From positions 1 to 55,089 of the forward strand of contig KZ538665.1 in NCBI GenBank assembly GCA_000934665.2: 55,089 nucleotides of DNA, written 5' to 3'. The DNA is from Catajapyx aquilonaris (Eukaryota). Within the stretch, counting starts at the first letter, position 1, and the number at the start of each line of letters is the position of its first letter. Below are positions 51,301-55,089 of this stretch, in pieces. A model generated the notes under the pieces. It was not told the origin of the DNA. It did not search any database and saw only the letters and a list, made by a program, of their open reading frames with translations. The translations under genes were made by a program, and so were the position numbers.

Positions 51301-52548
51301 AGACCCTGAGACTGGTGGTGTGGGCATCGCTCTCGGGCATGGCAGTGTTATGCTCGAGTGCGCCAAGCACGAGATGCATGCCACCACCAGTCTCAGAGTC
51401 CCTGACCGCACAAATCCGCATCGAATCAGCCTCGTGTTCTACCAGCACAAGTTCCTCAACTCCAGGCATCATGGGTGGACAGAATGGAAGCACAAGCTGA
51501 AGCTCCTACGCCAGAGAAAGGTTAAACTCCACTTGGAAGGCAAGGAGGTGCTGGAAGACGATAAGTGGATGCGGCTACTCCACAGGATACTCAAGGTATA
51601 TGCTTATTTGTTGACACCACCTGCTCTACATTGCATGCCAAATGTACGGAATTAGACAAACCTGTCTGATCTGTGTTACTAAATTGGTGCTCCCCCGTCT
51701 TATATATTCTGTTGCGCCAAGGAAATCTCCAGTTAAGTTACGTTGTGTATTCCGAAAACAAATTCATAATAAAGAGAATGATTTCTCATTTGCATTCAAT
51801 CAACCAGCTCCAAGCAGCACTGTTCACTAATATCCATAGCCTGCCGTAGCTAATGATAGGAGCATGAATTGTTTAGAATAAATTGTTGAGTGAACTTCTG
51901 GTGTTGTAATTTCAGGAAGAGATTCCACTCGTCAAGATGCATAAGCTTTGCATATGCAAAATATGCAGTGCTCCATTCCTGACCAAGAAGGAATTGATGG
52001 AGCATGAGGTGAAACACCATCGTTCCAAGAAGAACAAGGTAATACGCCGTGCCTGCCGCACTCTTTTTAAATCAGGTTCCTGTATCTCATGAGCTTTTTA
52101 TGCCTTTTAGGTGGAAGCTGGTAAAAAGAATGGGCAAAATGAAAGCTCAAAGTTGATGAAGCACTTGGGAAGGAGGAAACCTAGTCAACGTCGGGTCACC
52201 AGAGTGAAACAACCTTGTCGCCTTGGTTGTTGCAATGACTTCAGTGATAAGGTTGAAGCTAGACGAGATCCAGAAGTGAAGCCTGCTAGTGGCAATGCTC
52301 ATAATAAGTTTGGTCACTTGCGTAAGTTGAAGGGGCAGAGGTATGAGCACATAAGCAAGAAGCCTCGTAGCTCCAAAGTTTCCAATAGAAAGTTTGCTCA
52401 GTTAGATCTGTTGAAAAGCCACATGAGAAGTCACAATAAAGGTCGCAAAGGTGTGGAGACTTTTGCCTGTCCAGTTTGCGAAAAGAGGTTTGTTCAATCT
52501 CGTGGTTTGAAGTGTCACATGACGAGAAAACACCCAGGATGGAAGTAA
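48336..52548 (+). CDS. Compact TET-family Fe(II)/2-oxoglutarate dioxygenase with C-terminal C2H2 zinc fingers (about 668 aa)
   Basis: Exons 48336-48374, 48894-48953, 49108-49198, 49359-49528, 50141-50387, 50578-50912, 50981-51075, 51187-51595, 51916-52038, 52111-52548 give 2007 nt in one frame. TET motifs PKCSC, GPYYTQLGAA, CPKARWVIRR, GHSC, RRC..N..CTCQG, GCKFARS, CRLG..GRPFSGIT, HAHKD, DEQLHVLPLY, GGVGIALGHGS, ECAKHEMHATT, RISLVFYQHK. Fingers CKIC..F..L..HEVKH and CPVCEKRF..L..HMTRKH. Confidence 0.9.
49781..49942. mobile_element. PIF/Harbinger-type MITE in TET intron 4
   Basis: TIRs AGGTGCAGTTACATGTGAGC / GCTCTCATGTAAATGCACCT with TAA on both flanks (49778-80, 49943-45). Confidence 0.7.
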
Positions 52549-53241
52549 TTTTGTTGTCCTGTGGTAAAGGACTGGCCACCGTTTCAGTCCAGAATTCAAA
52601 GACCTAGGACAAAAGTGCAATGCTAAACATAATCGGAGTACAAAATTTTTGTAATGCGCATGTGCTCAAAATTGCTCAAGAATATTCCTAGATAATTGGA
52701 GCACAACTACAACTGCCATTTACTCTCAAGCCTCAAGCCTCATGCATCTTACATACATATAGAGACAATTGAAAGGACATATACCCATTTTCAATCATAA
52801 TTGGGGTCAGAAACAGTTCATAGGTAATTAAATAACTGATTGTACATAATTATCACATCAAATAAGGACTAACAGGGACACATAAACAAGTATTCATTAT
52901 TCTTTAATTATATTTTGTAATACCGGTATGAAATAGATTTAAAATAAATGTATTCTGAAGTTGAAAGGGAAGCTGTTATCAAGGGAACAAGGAAATGCAT
53001 GTCTTCAATGAAGTCTTTCAATGAAGAGCCTAAAGAGTAGCATGTTGCAAGATTGTTGCAAGATTGTTGCAAGATGTTGCAATGTCTTTCAATGAAGAGC
53101 CTAAAGAGTAGCATGTTTGAACTCTGAAGTGTTGGAGAGCCTATGTGTTTTTGCTGACTCTGTTATTTTCAAATATTTCAAAATTATCAGATTAATACAG
53201 TTTCTGCGAGTACCTAACCAGGCTGCAGAATTTATTAAATA

Positions 53242-53782
53242 GAGGGTGATTCTCTCGAATGGAAACCCAAACATTCCTCAATAACTTTTTAACTATGGTA
53301 TGGTTCCCGATGAAAATTGACATGTACCTACCTTGGATCATGCCAAACAAGGTCTGACTGAAGAATATACCAAAAGTGGTCCGTTCCAGCATGCAAGAAT
53401 TTTTAAATGCAAGTCTGCATATTCCGTTGCCTTGAGATGCCTGCCAGACAAGTTGGCGGGCGGGCGGGGATGAGTGCAATCCCCCGCAGGGAATAGGCAG
53501 GAGTCTTCGGCAATATGCAGACTCGCATTAAAAAATTCTTGGATGCTGGAGGGGACCATTTCCAGCATATTTTCAAGGCAGACCTTGTTTGGCATCATAC
53601 AAGGTAAGTACCCAGGTAGCACAAAAAGTTGGGCCAATATTGGACGAATCTTGGCCCAATATCTTAAATATTGGCCCAACTTTTTGTGCTACCTGGGTAC
53701 ATGTCAATTTTCATCCAGAACCATACAACAATTAAAAAGTTGTTGAGGAATGTTTGGGTTCCCATTCGGGAGAATCACCCTG
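53242..53782. mobile_element. Tc1/mariner-type MITE with nested MITE at 53611-53697
   Basis: Long arms beginning GAGGGTGATTCTC / GAGAATCACCCTG with TA flanks; inner CCCAGGTAGCACAAAAAG...CTTTTTGTGCTACCTGGG with duplicated TA. Confidence 0.75.
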
Positions 53783-55089
53783 TACCATTGTGTGACATGC
53801 ATGAGGATTGTGTGGCAAGGTATAGTTTGATAGTGTTTCTGATATGCCATGATGTAGTGTGTTTTTATTTCTTTATTTTTGAGGATATTGTGATATTTAT
53901 ACGGGTACTGTCAATAGATTTCCATGATTGTTAGTTTGTGATATCCCCAGCACTCTTGCAGATTGTGTACACTTAGCCATAGAGAGTGCGGTCAATGTGA
54001 AATAGAGCTGTTGGTGTATGTATAACCTGCTGTTGTCTTATTTTGGGGGGGAGTATAGCAGCTTGACACTGTCAAAGGCCAGCCCGGATGATGCAAGTAA
54101 GCCCACAAGGAGCGGAAAACTACAACCATTGCAATAAGTGGGGCATCAGGTAGTCTGACGCATCATTTGTGGTCCTCTTTTGAGAGGAATCGCGTGTCGC
54201 AGATGAGAGAGCCGCTACTTGGAAGTAGCAGTGTCAAGTCGCAAGAGCGACTGGTGGAGAGTAGCGCTTAGTCCCGTCCCTTTCAGCAAGTGGTTGCGTC
54301 TTTTCCCCGTCAGATGTCCGCACCTGTCACGCGTGCACGGGTGACGGTGGCGCCACATCTCCCCCCTTCGAATGGCGGACGGCATGATTACTACTTGATC
54401 GTCCTTTGTCTTTGTGGAACAAACTGGAAGCGTTTGAAACAAGTCTGATTGTTGCCTGGCCATTGTTGGAGGAGGGTGAGTTTGTGTTGGGGTTAGGAGG
54501 GCTCCTGAGGGAAGTACCATACTTTCCGTGGGTGCCCCGTGGGTTGGTACGATCACTTTGATTCCGCGATCTGGCGAGCAAGGTGCACCTATAAACTATG
54601 AACTAATCACCTCCCCCATTTACCGCCCACGAGTCCACGATTGTCCACGAGTTTTCCCTTCACCCTGTATACAGTAATACAGGGTGAAGGGAAAACTCGT
54701 GGACAATCGCCAGGTAAACTTATAGTACTCTCAAAACTAATATAAGGATGTGCAATTAGTTTTTGGTTCCATTGCGTAGTTACAGCATTCCGCGCCTTTA
54801 ACATGTAGACGGTAAAATACGAGGTAAAAGTGGGTGTCGTACCCGGACTCTTACTCTGAAGGGATCTGATCACCCATTGCACATGGACGATGTGGTAAGG
54901 ACCCAAGGCCGGATTGTTCGGAGGCCCTCGAGCTGGCTTTTGCTTCGTTGAAGCTGGCGGAACGGATGTGACGTCACGAAACTTGGATGGCACTGTACAC
55001 ATTAACCCTGGAACCGTGCCGTGCCTACGAGTATTACCGCAACCGTGCCGTGGGGTCTTTTCGGACCCCACGATATTTGATTTTTTTAT

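Noticed and set aside
54000..55089. Transposon ORF or hammerhead ribozyme
   Set aside because: GC-rich and possibly TE-derived, but no complete CUGAUGA...GAAA core and no protein motif.

Overview
Intron-containing eukaryotic DNA, most consistent with an arthropod (short GT-AG introns, tRNA-derived SINEs, many MITEs); all gene models were spliced by hand. Positions 0.7-19.7 kb hold a tandem/inverted array of seven 4-exon genes for secreted, divergent ApoD/lipocalin-like proteins (one frameshifted) plus two remnants. Then come a TspanC8 tetraspanin with a duplicated, probably mutually exclusive exon pair; SIRT1 (minus strand); RpS24 with several candidate last exons; GRHPR; a mitochondrial glutamate dehydrogenase with three alternative copies of its active-site exon; and a compact TET-family dioxygenase (about 668 aa) with no CXXC domain, almost no low-complexity insert, altered DNA/base-contact residues and C-terminal C2H2 zinc fingers. 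The TET-ZnF gene, the GDH exon triplet and the lipocalin array are the strongest novelty candidates. No database searches could be run.
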